Source of the DNA: an uncultured Actinomycetes bacterium
Lineage (GTDB): Bacteria > Actinomycetota > Thermoleophilia > Gaiellales > JAICJC01
Length of the DNA stretch: 64,000 nucleotides
NCBI GenBank assembly: GCA_963720885.1
Contig: CAVRGW010000006.1
Location: 942,561 to 1,006,560 of the forward strand
Direction of reading: 5' to 3'
Positions 27,269 to 37,185 of this stretch are shown here, one piece after another. The number at the start of each line of letters is the position of its first letter. The stretch's first letter is position 1. The notes under the pieces are model-generated. The model saw nothing but the letters and a program-made list of their open reading frames with translations. It had not been told where the DNA came from and searched no databases. A program made the position numbers and the translations under genes.

Positions 27269-28575
27269 GGCCGCGACTGAGCGCGACTGCGCTTGTCCTT
27301 GCAATGGTGCTCGCCACGGGCTGCGGTGGAGGCAGCGGCAGCAGCTCGAGCGGCGGGTCCGGTGGTTCGACCAGCGACATCTCGGGATCGATCTCGGTAA
27401 TGGGTATCTGGTCGGGGCCCGAGCAGGCGGCGTTCCAGAAGGTGATCGACGGGTTCACCAGCCAGAACCCGGACGTCTCGGTGAAGTACACGTCCGCCGG
27501 AGACCAGCTGCCGACCCAGCTCTCGACGGCGGTCGCGGGTGGCAATCCGCCGAGCGTCGCGTTCGTCGCACAGCCCGGCCTGATCAAGGACTTCGTCGCC
27601 AAGAACGCGTTGAAGCCGATCGACTACGCACAGTCCGACGTGGTACAGAACCTCGGCCAGTCGGCGGCCGACATCGCCACCGTCGATGGCAAGCTCTACG
27701 GCGTTCTCTACAAGGCGGCCAACAAGTCGCTGGTCTGGTACAACGTCCAGGCGTACAAGGACGCCGGCGTGCAGCCCGCCAAGGACTGGAACCAGTTCAT
27801 TCAGGACGCGGGCACCTTGAAGGCATCGGGCGTCCCTGCGTACTCGATCGGCGTCGACGTCGGGTGGCCGATCACAGACCTGTTCGAGAACATCTACCTG
27901 AGCCAGGCGGGGCCCGACAACTACGACAAGCTCGCCGCCCACGAGATCCCGTGGACTGACCAGACCGTCAAGGACGCGCTGAAGACGATGTCCCAGGTGC
28001 TGGGCGACAGCAGCAACATCTACGGCGGCACATCCGGCGCGCTGCAGACCGACTTCCCGACGTCGGTGGGTAACGTGTTCATCGATCCGCCCAAGGCCGC
28101 CGAGATCATGGAAGGCGACTTCGTTCCGGGCTCTGCAAAGACGACGCTGAAGCCGGTCGACGGTTACAACGTCTTCCCGTTCCCGCAGGTCGGTGATACG
28201 CCGAACCTGGTGATGGGTGGCGGCGACATCGCCATTGCCTTTGAAGACAATGCGGCCGTGCAGGCCTTCATGAAGTACCTGACGACCACCGAGGCGGCCG
28301 AGATCTGGGCGAAGCAGGGTGGGTTCGCGTCGCTCAACAAGGGCCTCGATCCCAGCATCTACCCGAGCGAGATCGAGCAGACGACGGCCGGCGTGCTGAC
28401 CAAGGCCACGGCCTTCCGCTTCGACATGTCCGACCTCCAGCCGGCGGCATTCGGTGCGACCGTCGGGCAGGGTGAGTGGAAGATCTTCAGCGACTTCGTC
28501 AAGAACCCGGACGACGTCGACGGAACAGCGGCGGCGCTCGAGAAGGCCGCGGCAAAGGCGTACGGCAACGGCTGA
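27265..28575 (+). CDS. Carbohydrate ABC transporter substrate-binding lipoprotein
   Basis: Lipobox [13 protein letters not shown]. Family-1 solute-binding-protein length and composition. ATGA overlap with the ATPase gene. Confidence 0.88.
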   Translation: MRPRLSATALVLAMVLATGCGGGSGSSSSGGSGGSTSDISGSISVMGIWSGPEQAAFQKVIDGFTSQNPDVSVKYTSAGDQLPTQLSTAVAGGNPPSVAFVAQPGLIKDFVAKNALKPIDYAQSDVVQNLGQSAADIATVDGKLYGVLYKAANKSLVWYNVQAYKDAGVQPAKDWNQFIQDAGTLKASGVPAYSIGVDVGWPITDLFENIYLSQAGPDNYDKLAAHEIPWTDQTVKDALKTMSQVLGDSSNIYGGTSGALQTDFPTSVGNVFIDPPKAAEIMEGDFVPGSAKTTLKPVDGYNVFPFPQVGDTPNLVMGGGDIAIAFEDNAAVQAFMKYLTTTEAAEIWAKQGGFASLNKGLDPSIYPSEIEQTTAGVLTKATAFRFDMSDLQPAAFGATVGQGEWKIFSDFVKNPDDVDGTAAALEKAAAKAYGNG

Positions 28576-28580
28576 TCGCG

Positions 28581-29924
28581 GTGGGCGTCGGTAGCGACAC
28601 GGTCCTCGAGCGCCCGCCGGCGACGTCGGTCGGCGGGCGCCCGCCCGGTGCCCTGCGCCGGTACGCCCTGGCCGGGGCGTTCTTGGCGCCGGCAGCGATC
28701 CTGCTCGGCGTGTGGGTGGTCTACCCGACCATCCACACGATCATCCGCAGCTTCTACGACCGCTCGGGCGACACGTTCGTCTGGTTTGACAACTACCAGA
28801 CGATCTTTACCTCGGACATCCTGGTCACCGCGGTCAAGAACAACCTGCTGTGGGTGCTGGTCGTGCCGGCGGCAGTCGCCTCGATCGGGTTGGTGTTCGC
28901 CGTGCTGATGGAGCGGGTGTCGTGGGCGGTCGCGTTCCGTACGGCCGTCTTCATGCCGATGGCGATCTCGGCTTTCGCGGCCGGGATCACGTGGCGGATC
29001 GTGTACCTCGACGATCCCAACCTCGGCGTCGCGAACGCCGCGATCAAGTCGGTCGACGATGTGTTCAACCCATCCGGCGTTCTCCCGCAGGCGTCGCCGT
29101 CGACCGAGGATCTCGTCCAGCAGGGCGGCGGCGGAATGCAGCTCAAGAACCCGGTGCAGGCCGGCGACACGGCCGAGCTCGGTCTGACGGCGATCCCACC
29201 CACCGACATCCCGTCCGATGCGCAGCAGGCGGTCACGCCCGAACCGCTGCAGGGAGGCATCAGCGGTGTTGTCTGGCGCGACTTCAAGCCCGGAGGCGGA
29301 AAGCCGGGCAAGGTTGAATCCGAGGAGTTGGGGCTGCCCGGCGTGCACCTCGACCTGCTCGACCAGGGCGGCTCGAAGGTCGCCTCCACCTCCAGCGCCG
29401 CCGACGGCAGCTTCCGGTTTGCCGACGTGGGCAACGGTTCGTACACGGTTGCGATCAGCGCCTCGACGTTCGCCAAGCCGTTCGGGGGCGTCGAGTGGTT
29501 GGGCCCGCGCCTGGTGACGCCGGCGATCATGATCGCCTATCTGTGGATCTGGGCGGGTTTTGCGATGGTCGTGATCGCAGCCGGTCTGGCCGCGATCCCG
29601 CGCGACGTGCTCGAGGCGGCGCGCACGGACGGCGCCAGCGAGTTCCAGGTGTTCCGCAAGGTGACGGCTCCGCTGCTGGCGCCGGTGCTCACCGTGGTCT
29701 TCGTGACGATGCTGATCAACGTGCTGAAGGTGTTCGACATCGTCATCTCGATCGCCCCGGGATCGAGCCAGGACGACGCCAACGTGCTCGCGCTGGCGAT
29801 GTGGCGAACGTCGTTCGGCGGCAGCAACGACTTCGGCGTCGGATCGGCGATCGCGGTGCTGATCTTCCTGCTCGTCATCCCGGTGTTGCTGCTCAACGTC
29901 CGGCGCTTCCGGAGGGAGGCCTGA
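28581..29924 (+). CDS. Carbohydrate ABC transporter permease with a large extracytoplasmic insertion
   Basis: GTG 28581 within ORF 28476..29924. MalF/BPD core (IPRDVLEAARTDGASEFQVFRKVTAPLL). About 190 aa are inserted between TM helices, including a Cna-B/SdrD-B-like stretch (ISGVVWRDF...GLPGVHLDLLDQGGSKVASTSSAADGSFRFADVGNGSYTV). Confidence 0.85.
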   Translation: MGVGSDTVLERPPATSVGGRPPGALRRYALAGAFLAPAAILLGVWVVYPTIHTIIRSFYDRSGDTFVWFDNYQTIFTSDILVTAVKNNLLWVLVVPAAVASIGLVFAVLMERVSWAVAFRTAVFMPMAISAFAAGITWRIVYLDDPNLGVANAAIKSVDDVFNPSGVLPQASPSTEDLVQQGGGGMQLKNPVQAGDTAELGLTAIPPTDIPSDAQQAVTPEPLQGGISGVVWRDFKPGGGKPGKVESEELGLPGVHLDLLDQGGSKVASTSSAADGSFRFADVGNGSYTVAISASTFAKPFGGVEWLGPRLVTPAIMIAYLWIWAGFAMVVIAAGLAAIPRDVLEAARTDGASEFQVFRKVTAPLLAPVLTVVFVTMLINVLKVFDIVISIAPGSSQDDANVLALAMWRTSFGGSNDFGVGSAIAVLIFLLVIPVLLLNVRRFRREA

Positions 29925-30814
29925 TGGCCACGGCGACCGCGGAGCAGAGTGCACGGCAACGGGTGGCCGCCCCTCCCGCACGGCGCAGCTACCGCTGGCT
30001 GCGGCAGGCGCCGATCCATCTCGTACTGCTGGTATTCGGCATCCTCTGGCTGATCCCGACCATCGGCCTGTTCGTCACCTCACTGATGCAGCCGACCGAT
30101 TTCCAGCAGCAGGGCTGGTGGAACTACCTGGCGCATCCCGGCCAGCTGACCCTCGACAACTACCGGGCGGTGTTCGACAACCAGGCGATCATGGACTCGC
30201 TGTGGACGACCGTGCTGGTCGCTGTGGGCGGCACGGCGGTGCCGGTGATCGTCGGGGCGCTGGCCGGCTACGCCTTCGCCTGGCTCGAGTTCCCCGGTCG
30301 CGACTGGATCTTCATCATCGTCGTGGCGCTGCTCGTCGTGCCGCTGCAGATGGCGTTGATCCCGATGTTCCAGCTGTACAACGACCTCAACCTGTTCGAC
30401 ACGGTACTCGGCCTGGTGCTGTTCCACGCCGCGTTCGGCCTGCCCTTCGCCATCTTCCTGCTGCGCAACTTCTTCATCGGGATCCCACGCGACCTGATGG
30501 AGGCGGCCCGCATCGATGGCGCAGGCGAGTTCAAGATCTTCTGGCGCCTGATCCTGCCGCTGGGCAAGCCGGCGATCGCGTCGCTTGCGATCTTTCAGTT
30601 CCTGTGGACGTGGAACGACCTGCTGGTGGCGCTGACGTTCGGCAGGTCGACGGTGCCGATCACGGTGGCGATCTTCTCCCAGATGCGCCAGTTCAGCGGC
30701 AACATCGAGCTGATCGCCCCGGCCACGTTCATCTCGCTGATCGTGCCGCTGGCCGTCTTCTTCATCTTCCAGCGGTCGTTCGTCCAGGGACTGCTCGCCG
30801 GGTCGGTCAAGTGA
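29924..30814 (+). CDS. Carbohydrate ABC transporter permease (MalG-like)
   Basis: ATG 29924 overlaps the previous stop by 1 nt. IPRDLMEAARIDGAGEFKIFWRLILPLGKPA EAA-loop. Confidence 0.9.
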   Translation: MATATAEQSARQRVAAPPARRSYRWLRQAPIHLVLLVFGILWLIPTIGLFVTSLMQPTDFQQQGWWNYLAHPGQLTLDNYRAVFDNQAIMDSLWTTVLVAVGGTAVPVIVGALAGYAFAWLEFPGRDWIFIIVVALLVVPLQMALIPMFQLYNDLNLFDTVLGLVLFHAAFGLPFAIFLLRNFFIGIPRDLMEAARIDGAGEFKIFWRLILPLGKPAIASLAIFQFLWTWNDLLVALTFGRSTVPITVAIFSQMRQFSGNIELIAPATFISLIVPLAVFFIFQRSFVQGLLAGSVK

Positions 30815-30923
30815 TCGGAGCCGTGGCCGCTGGTTTGCGCTGGGGTAGCGTGTTGACCGTCGAGGCCACAGGTCGATGGGCCATCATCGGCCTCGGGCGA
30901 TGAAGTCGTCTCGGAGGTGCACG

Positions 30924-31334
30924 ATGGACATGGACAGATCGATGGCAGGATGGGTCGGCTTCGCCGGCATGGTGATGGTGATCGTCGGAGGGATCGACAT
31001 CTGTCAGGGCCTGATCGCATTGCTGACGGACAACTACTACGTCGTGTCGGGGTCGGGATTTCTGGCCGTCGATCTGACGGCGTGGGGATGGGCGCTGCTG
31101 ATCTGGGGCGGCCTGCTCGTCCTCGCCGGCCTCGGGCTGATCCGCGGCCAGGGATGGGCGCGCTGGGTGGCGATCGTGGCGGTGTCGGTGAACGTGTTCG
31201 CGCAGTTGGGGTTCCTGGGCAACAGCCAGTACCCGCTGTGGGCGCTGACCGCACTGGCGCTCAACGTGATCGTCCTGTACGCGCTGACCGCCCGCTGGGG
31301 AGAGAGCAGCGCCGACCTGAGGTCGTCGAGCTAG
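30924..31334 (+). CDS. Small integral membrane protein (DUF7144-like)
   Basis: GGAGG lies 6 nt upstream of ATG 30924 (ORF 30876..31334). Four TM helices. WGWALLIWGGLLVLAGLGL...GWARW pattern. Confidence 0.7.
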   Translation: MDMDRSMAGWVGFAGMVMVIVGGIDICQGLIALLTDNYYVVSGSGFLAVDLTAWGWALLIWGGLLVLAGLGLIRGQGWARWVAIVAVSVNVFAQLGFLGNSQYPLWALTALALNVIVLYALTARWGESSADLRSSS

Positions 31335-31344
31335 GACCGGTGAC

Positions 31345-32010
31345 TCAGGATGTGGACGGATGCTTGGCGGAAACGTCGATCCAGCGTGCCGTCAGGCCCA
31401 CTGCGACCACCAGCGAGGCCCACGCGGCGCCCAGCGCATAGCCGCCGAGGACGTCCGTGAACCAATGCGCGCCGAGATACATCCTCGAAGCGCCCACGGC
31501 CAGCACGCATGCGCAGGCGACAACGGGCTGCCAGATCGACCGATGCCTGGAGGAGATGAGGACGATGAGCATCACGGTGAAGGCCATGGACTGCGTGGCG
31601 TGTCCTGACGGGAAGGACCAGTGTCCGTATGTCGCGAGCGCGTCCTCCGCGGGCGGCCGGGGCCGTTCGATGATCCGCTTGAAGATGTTGTAGAGGGCGG
31701 TCGATCCGGCCAGGGACGCCACCAGCATCGCTCCCGCCCGCCAGTCGTGATCGCGACGGACCCAGTAAACGGCCGCCACGAGCGTCGCCGGGTAGAGCAG
31801 GGCGGCGGATCCGAGCCACGTCACGAGCTTCATCGCAGTCGTCATGCCGGACGTGCGGTGATCGTCGATCCAGGAGAGCATCGTCTGGTCGATCGACGGA
31901 GAGCCGTTCGTCGCGGCGACAACGGCGAGCGCGAGGAACACCAGCCAGCACGCCGCGGATATTCCGACCGCGACCGCAACGGCCCGTCGCCTCGGTCGGC
32001 TCATGCCCAC
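31345..32010 (-). CDS. PAP2-family phosphatase (membrane)
   Basis: PAP2 motifs KRIIERPRP, SFPSGHA and SRMYLGAHWFTDVLGG. Confidence 0.85.
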   Translation of the reverse strand: MGMSRPRRRAVAVAVGISAACWLVFLALAVVAATNGSPSIDQTMLSWIDDHRTSGMTTAMKLVTWLGSAALLYPATLVAAVYWVRRDHDWRAGAMLVASLAGSTALYNIFKRIIERPRPPAEDALATYGHWSFPSGHATQSMAFTVMLIVLISSRHRSIWQPVVACACVLAVGASRMYLGAHWFTDVLGGYALGAAWASLVVAVGLTARWIDVSAKHPSTS

Positions 32011-32074
32011 GATCGTATCCCGCGATGCGGGAACGACGCCTCGTCAGCGCCAGTGGCTGTGAGATCGTTCGGCG

Positions 32075-32617
32075 GTGCATCGTCCGAGTGCGATCGATCG
32101 CCGTTGGTCAGAGTTGGTAACGCGTCGGCGGACGTCCCGGCTTGACGCCGCTGCGCTGGTGTTCAACCACTCGGGTCGGGGGCTGGGGAGGGCGGCGATC
32201 CTGGGCGCTGTCGGCCTCGAGCTGGCGCGCCGGCGGCGCTGGCCTGATCTCGCGTGCTTTGCGCTGGCCGAGGCGGGCACACCGGCGGGCGTGAATCTGG
32301 TCAAGCTGCTGGTGAACCGGCGCCGACCGCGCGAGGCGGATATCAGCACCTTCGGCACGTCCTTTCCCTCAGGACACACCGCCTTCGCGGCCGCGACGGG
32401 CGTGGCGCTTGTGCTGCTGTGCAACGAGCCGGGCATGCGAAGGGTTGCCTGGGCCACAGCGACCGCTGGCACGCTGGGGATGGCCTGGAGCCGTACCTAC
32501 CTGCAGCTGCACTGGCTGACCGATGTGGCGGCCGGCGGGCTGCTGGGGACCGGCGTCACACTGGTGGCCTTCGACCGGGTCAGACGTCGTGACCAGGCGG
32601 GCAGCGCGCGTGCCTGA
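32075..32617 (+). CDS. PAP2-family phosphatase (membrane), second copy
   Basis: VNRRRPRE, SFPSGHTA and SRTYLQLHWLTDVAAG. Confidence 0.8.
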   Translation: MHRPSAIDRRWSELVTRRRTSRLDAAALVFNHSGRGLGRAAILGAVGLELARRRRWPDLACFALAEAGTPAGVNLVKLLVNRRRPREADISTFGTSFPSGHTAFAAATGVALVLLCNEPGMRRVAWATATAGTLGMAWSRTYLQLHWLTDVAAGGLLGTGVTLVAFDRVRRRDQAGSARA

Positions 32618-34343
32618 CACATCCCAGGAGCGATTCCCGCGACCGGCCGGGCTGCGGATAGTCGCCGCGTACCGGACGGAATGGCTGCCGAAGGATGTGC
32701 TCGCGGGGCTGGTGTTGACGACGCTGCTCGTCCCGCAGGGGATGGCATACGCCGAGCTTGCGGGGCTCCCGGCGATCACGGGCCTGTACACGTCGATCCT
32801 CTGCCTGCTCGGCTATGCGGTGTTCGGCCCGTCGAGGATCCTCGTGCTGGGACCCGACTCGTCCCTCGGGCCGATGATCGCCGCGACGATCGCGCCGCTG
32901 GTCGCAGCGGACGGCGATCCTGCGCGGGCGGTCGCTCTTGCGTCGATGCTGGCGTTGATCGTCGGGGTGGTCATGGTCGCCGGTGGCTTCGCAAAGCTGG
33001 GGTTCGTTGCCGATCTCCTGTCCCGGCCCACCATGATCGGCTACATGAACGGGCTCGCCATCACCATCCTGGTGGGCCAGCTCCCGAAGCTCTTCGGCTT
33101 CTCGATCGACGCAGACGGCTTCGTCGACGAGCTGAGGGCGTTCGTCGACGGCGTGCGCGACGGCGAGACGGTGTCCGCTGCGCTTGCGGTGGGACTGCTG
33201 GCGCTGGTGGTGATCGCCGTCCTGCGGAGGGTGCTTCCCCGCATCCCGAGCGTGCTGATCGCTGTGGTCGCGTCGATCGTCGTCGCCGCTGCCTTCGACC
33301 TCGATCAGCATGGGGTCAAGTTGGTGGGCACGCTCCCGGAGGGATTCCCGCCCCTCACCTTCCCGGACGTGCACCGGTCCGACCTACCCACACTGTTCGG
33401 TGGCGCCCTGGGGATCGCGCTCGTCTCGCTGGCCGACACGATCGCGACGTCATCTGCCTTCGCGGGTCGATCCGGCGAGGAGGTCGACGGCAACAGGGAG
33501 ATGATCGGTATCGGCGCCGCCAATCTTGGCGCCGGGCTCTTTCAGGGCTTCCCGGTTAGCACCAGCGGTTCGCGAACGGCCGTCGCCGAGCAGTCCGGCG
33601 CGAAGACGCAGGTTGCCGGCCTGGTCGGTGCGATCACCATCGCCGCGATGCTCCTGTTCGTCCCCGGTCTGTTCCGCGACCTTCCCCAGCCGACGCTGGC
33701 CGCCGTGGTGATCGCGGCATCCCTGTCCCTCGCCGACATACCGGGCACCGTCAGGCTCTGGAGGCAACGGCGGTCGGAATGCGCGCTCTCGATCGCCGCG
33801 TTTCTGGGCGTCGTCTTTCTCGGGGTGCTGCCGGGGATCGCGATCGCGGTCGCGCTATCGGTCATGAACATGTTCCGCCGCTCATGGCTGCCGTACCACG
33901 CCGTGCTGGGGCGGGTGCCGGACCTGCCCGGGTATCACGATGTCTCCAGCTACCCGGAGGCAGAGGTGCTTCCCGGCCTGGTCATCTTCCGCTTCGACGC
34001 GCCGCTGTTCTTCGCCAATACGCGCACCTTCCGCGAGCAGATTCTGCGGCTGGCGGCAGCCGATCCGACGCCGGTCTGGATCCTGGTCGCGGCTGAACCG
34101 ATCACCGACGTCGACACCACCGCCGCCGACATGCTCGAGGACCTGGACGAGTCGATCAACGCTCGCGGCATCTCGCTCGTGTTCGCCGAGATGAAGGATC
34201 CGGTGCGCGCGAAGATCGAACGGTACGAGCTGACTCAGACCATCAACCCGATCCACTTCTACCCGACGCTCGGCAGCGCCGTCGACGCCTACCAGGAGCA
34301 GACCGGCGCCCGGTGGGCGGCGCCGGATTCCCGGTTCGATTGA
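32610..34343 (+). CDS. SulP-family anion transporter with C-terminal STAS domain
   Basis: WLPKDVLAGLVLTTLLVPQGMAYAELAGLPAITGLYTSI. STAS-like tail (VIFRFDAPLFFANT...). GTG 32610 overlaps the PAP2 stop by 8 nt. Confidence 0.88.
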   Translation: MPDTSQERFPRPAGLRIVAAYRTEWLPKDVLAGLVLTTLLVPQGMAYAELAGLPAITGLYTSILCLLGYAVFGPSRILVLGPDSSLGPMIAATIAPLVAADGDPARAVALASMLALIVGVVMVAGGFAKLGFVADLLSRPTMIGYMNGLAITILVGQLPKLFGFSIDADGFVDELRAFVDGVRDGETVSAALAVGLLALVVIAVLRRVLPRIPSVLIAVVASIVVAAAFDLDQHGVKLVGTLPEGFPPLTFPDVHRSDLPTLFGGALGIALVSLADTIATSSAFAGRSGEEVDGNREMIGIGAANLGAGLFQGFPVSTSGSRTAVAEQSGAKTQVAGLVGAITIAAMLLFVPGLFRDLPQPTLAAVVIAASLSLADIPGTVRLWRQRRSECALSIAAFLGVVFLGVLPGIAIAVALSVMNMFRRSWLPYHAVLGRVPDLPGYHDVSSYPEAEVLPGLVIFRFDAPLFFANTRTFREQILRLAAADPTPVWILVAAEPITDVDTTAADMLEDLDESINARGISLVFAEMKDPVRAKIERYELTQTINPIHFYPTLGSAVDAYQEQTGARWAAPDSRFD

Positions 34344-34370
34344 TGGACAACGCACTCGAAACGCGGAACA

Positions 34371-35042
34371 ATGCCCCCGGTGCCGAGGGCCGCTCCCGAC
34401 CGTGGAGGTGCGCGAACAGTGGAGCCCGCACGGCAGGAGTTGACGACGGAGATCCGGTGGATCCGGCGAGGACGCTTTTCCGACGACGTGGGGGCGTGGT
34501 TCTCGCGCTTCGCGCCGATGTTGGAGACGCGCGAGGACGACTACCTGATCGCCCCGGCCATGCCGGGCCTGTCCGTGAAGCTTCGGGGCGGGTCGAGCTT
34601 CGACGTCAAGCAGCACCAAGGCGCGGTGGGGGCGTTGGACGTCCCGGCCGGAGGCGTCGGCCGCATCGACTCGTGGCTCAAGTTCTCGTTCCCGTTGTCT
34701 GGGGGTGCGCACCCGCCGCACGCTGCCTACGGGTCGGGATGGCAGCGGGTGAGAAAGCGCCGGCTGATCTGCGTCTTTCCGGTCGCGGACGCCACGCGCC
34801 AGCCCGATTCGCCTCGCCGGACCGGCTGCTCCGTGGAGCTCACGGAAGTGCAGGCCCTCGGCGGCGCCTGGTGGACGCTCGGCTTCGAGGCGGGCGGGCG
34901 GGGCGCGCCGGGAAGCCTCAAACGCGCAGCCGCCATCGTCTTCGACGAGCCGCCTCCAATGAACCCGGCGTTCGAGGCCGAGGAAGCAATGTCCTATGCC
35001 GAGTGGATCAACGAGCTCGTGACGGAGAGGGCCGATGAGTAA
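34371..35042 (+). CDS. Hypothetical protein, possibly CYTH-like (triphosphate tunnel fold)
   Basis: The pattern TEIRWI...EDDYL...SVKLRGG..FDVKQ...VRKRRLI...SVELTEV...LGFEA resembles the alternating charged strands of CYTH proteins. This is judged by eye only, and the start is uncertain. Confidence 0.5.
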   Translation: MPPVPRAAPDRGGARTVEPARQELTTEIRWIRRGRFSDDVGAWFSRFAPMLETREDDYLIAPAMPGLSVKLRGGSSFDVKQHQGAVGALDVPAGGVGRIDSWLKFSFPLSGGAHPPHAAYGSGWQRVRKRRLICVFPVADATRQPDSPRRTGCSVELTEVQALGGAWWTLGFEAGGRGAPGSLKRAAAIVFDEPPPMNPAFEAEEAMSYAEWINELVTERADE

Positions 35043-35829
35043 GCAGAAACGGGAGGCGCGGATGAAGCGCAAGCCCTACGAGGCCGAGATGCGACGGCTG
35101 CACGGGGAGCTGGTGGCCGTCCAGGAGTGGGTGAAGGCCACCGGCGCGAAGATCTGCATCGTCTTCGAGGGCCGCGATACGGCCGGCAAGGGCGGGACGA
35201 TCAAGCGGATCACCGAGCGCGTGAGCCCGCGCGTGTTCCGCGTGGTCGCGCTGCCGGCGCCGACCGAACGGGAACGGTCGCAGCTCTACGCGCAGCGCTA
35301 TATCCGGCACTTCCCCTCCGCGGGCGAGGTCGTGATCTTCGATCGCAGCTGGTACAACCGCGCCGGGGTCGAGCGGGTGATGGGCTTCTGCACCGAGGAG
35401 CAGACGGCCAGGTTCCTCGAGGGGGCCCCGCTGATCGAACGGACGATGGCGGACTCCGGGATTCTGCTTCTCAAGTACTGGCTCGAGGTGGACGCGGACG
35501 AGCAGGCCCGGCGGCTCAAGGGGCGCATCAACGACCCCAGAAAGGTCTGGAAGCTCTCCGACATGGATCTCAAGTCGTACGGCCGCTGGTACGACTACTC
35601 GCGCGCCCGGGACGCGATGCTCCAGGCGACCGACACGCCCTGGGCGCCGTGGTACATCGCCGACACCAGCGACAAGAAGCGGGGGCGGCTGAACATCATC
35701 TCCCACATCCTGAGCCAGATCCCGTACGAGCCGCTGGACATTCCCGAGGCCGGGTTTCCGCCGCGCCAGGACCCGGACGGCTACACCGAACCCGATTGGC
35801 CGCTGCGGTGGATTCCGGAGCCGTTTTGA
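35035..35829 (+). CDS. ppk2: Polyphosphate kinase 2 family protein
   Basis: VFEGRDTAGKGGTIKRI Walker A, FDRSWYNRAGVERV and a lid-region pattern typical of PPK2. It overlaps the previous gene by 8 nt. Confidence 0.9.
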   Translation: MSKQKREARMKRKPYEAEMRRLHGELVAVQEWVKATGAKICIVFEGRDTAGKGGTIKRITERVSPRVFRVVALPAPTERERSQLYAQRYIRHFPSAGEVVIFDRSWYNRAGVERVMGFCTEEQTARFLEGAPLIERTMADSGILLLKYWLEVDADEQARRLKGRINDPRKVWKLSDMDLKSYGRWYDYSRARDAMLQATDTPWAPWYIADTSDKKRGRLNIISHILSQIPYEPLDIPEAGFPPRQDPDGYTEPDWPLRWIPEPF

Positions 35830-37169
35830 GCGCGGGGCCGGAGCCCAGCGGGCGCGACCGGGCCCTCGCGGCCCTGTCCCTGCTGTCGCTTGCCGCCGCG
35901 ATCCTGCTGGTGATCGCCGGGGCCCTCGACAACCTCGGCGGGATCGTGGTCGCCCTGCTGGGGCTCGTCGTGCTCATCGGAGCCGGCTGGACCGCGATTT
36001 CCCGCCGCGGCACCGCGCGTACGGTCGCCCTCCTGGTCGGAGCCGGCGGCGCGGTGCTGGTGGTGGCGGCGATCTGGATCGCCGATGCGGTCTGGTGGCG
36101 GTCGCTCGGCGCGGTGGCGCTCGGCATGATCTCGGTGGCGGCCGCCAGATCGGCTGTCCACCGCGGCGTCGACGAGCTCGAGGCGGCGCCGACGCCGGGC
36201 ACCCCGGTGGGGGCTGCGGCGCGCCCGGTGTTGATCATGAACCCGAAGTCGGGCGGCGGGAAGGCCGTGAAGTTCAACCTCGCCGAGGAGTGTGCGGCTC
36301 GCGGCATCCAGGCCGTGGTGCTGGGGCCGGGCGATGACCTGCTGCAGCTCGCCGAGAGCGCGATCAGGGGGGGCGTCGACGTGATCGGCATGGCCGGAGG
36401 CGACGGCTCCCAGGCACTGATCGCCACCGTGGCGAGCCGAGCCGGCATCCCGCACGTGGTCGTGCCGGCGGGGACACGCAATCATTTCGCGCTCGACCTC
36501 GGCCTCGACCGCGAGGATGTCGTCGGGGCGCTCGATGCCTTCGGGGAGGCGGCTGAGCGGACGATCGATCTGGCGACGGTCAACGGACGCGTCTTCGTCA
36601 ACAACGCCTCGCTGGGTCTGTACGCGGAGATCGTCCAGTCGTCCGACTATCGCGACGCCAAGATCCGCACCGCGTCCGAGATGCTGCCCGACCTGCTCGG
36701 CCCCGATGCCGAGCCGCTCGACCTGCGCTACACCGGACCCGATGGAGAGGCCCACACGACGGCACACATGGTGCTCGTGTCCAACAATCCCTATCAGCTC
36801 ACCGATCTGTCGGGCATCGGAACCCGTGAGCGCATCGACCGGGGAGTGCTCGGCGTCGTCACGGCTCAGATCGAGGGTGCGCTGGCGGCTCAACAGTTCG
36901 TCGCGCTCAATGCCGCCGGCCAGATCCGGCGCTTCCCGGGATGGCGCGAGTGGACGGCGCCCCGTTTTCGCATCGACTCTGGCGCCTCGGTGCAGATCGG
37001 CGTCGACGGCGAAGCCATGAGCCTCGACCCGCCGCTGGTGTTCGAGAGCATGCCGGGGGCGCTCCGCGTCCGGCTACCTCACCACGCCCCCGGCGTATCC
37101 CCGGCAGCTCGTCGCATCTCGCGTTCGACGGTCCGCGAGCTGTGGGACATTGTCGCCGGCCGCAGCTGA
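35826..37169 (+). CDS. Diacylglycerol/lipid kinase family protein (YegS/BmrU-like) with N-terminal TM segments
   Basis: TTG 35826 overlaps the ppk2 stop. Hydrophobic N-terminus. LIMNPKSGGGK and IGMAGGDGSQ catalytic-domain motifs. Confidence 0.8.
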   Translation: MSAGPEPSGRDRALAALSLLSLAAAILLVIAGALDNLGGIVVALLGLVVLIGAGWTAISRRGTARTVALLVGAGGAVLVVAAIWIADAVWWRSLGAVALGMISVAAARSAVHRGVDELEAAPTPGTPVGAAARPVLIMNPKSGGGKAVKFNLAEECAARGIQAVVLGPGDDLLQLAESAIRGGVDVIGMAGGDGSQALIATVASRAGIPHVVVPAGTRNHFALDLGLDREDVVGALDAFGEAAERTIDLATVNGRVFVNNASLGLYAEIVQSSDYRDAKIRTASEMLPDLLGPDAEPLDLRYTGPDGEAHTTAHMVLVSNNPYQLTDLSGIGTRERIDRGVLGVVTAQIEGALAAQQFVALNAAGQIRRFPGWREWTAPRFRIDSGASVQIGVDGEAMSLDPPLVFESMPGALRVRLPHHAPGVSPAARRISRSTVRELWDIVAGRS

Positions 37170-37185
37170 GCGGCCGCATTCCGCG

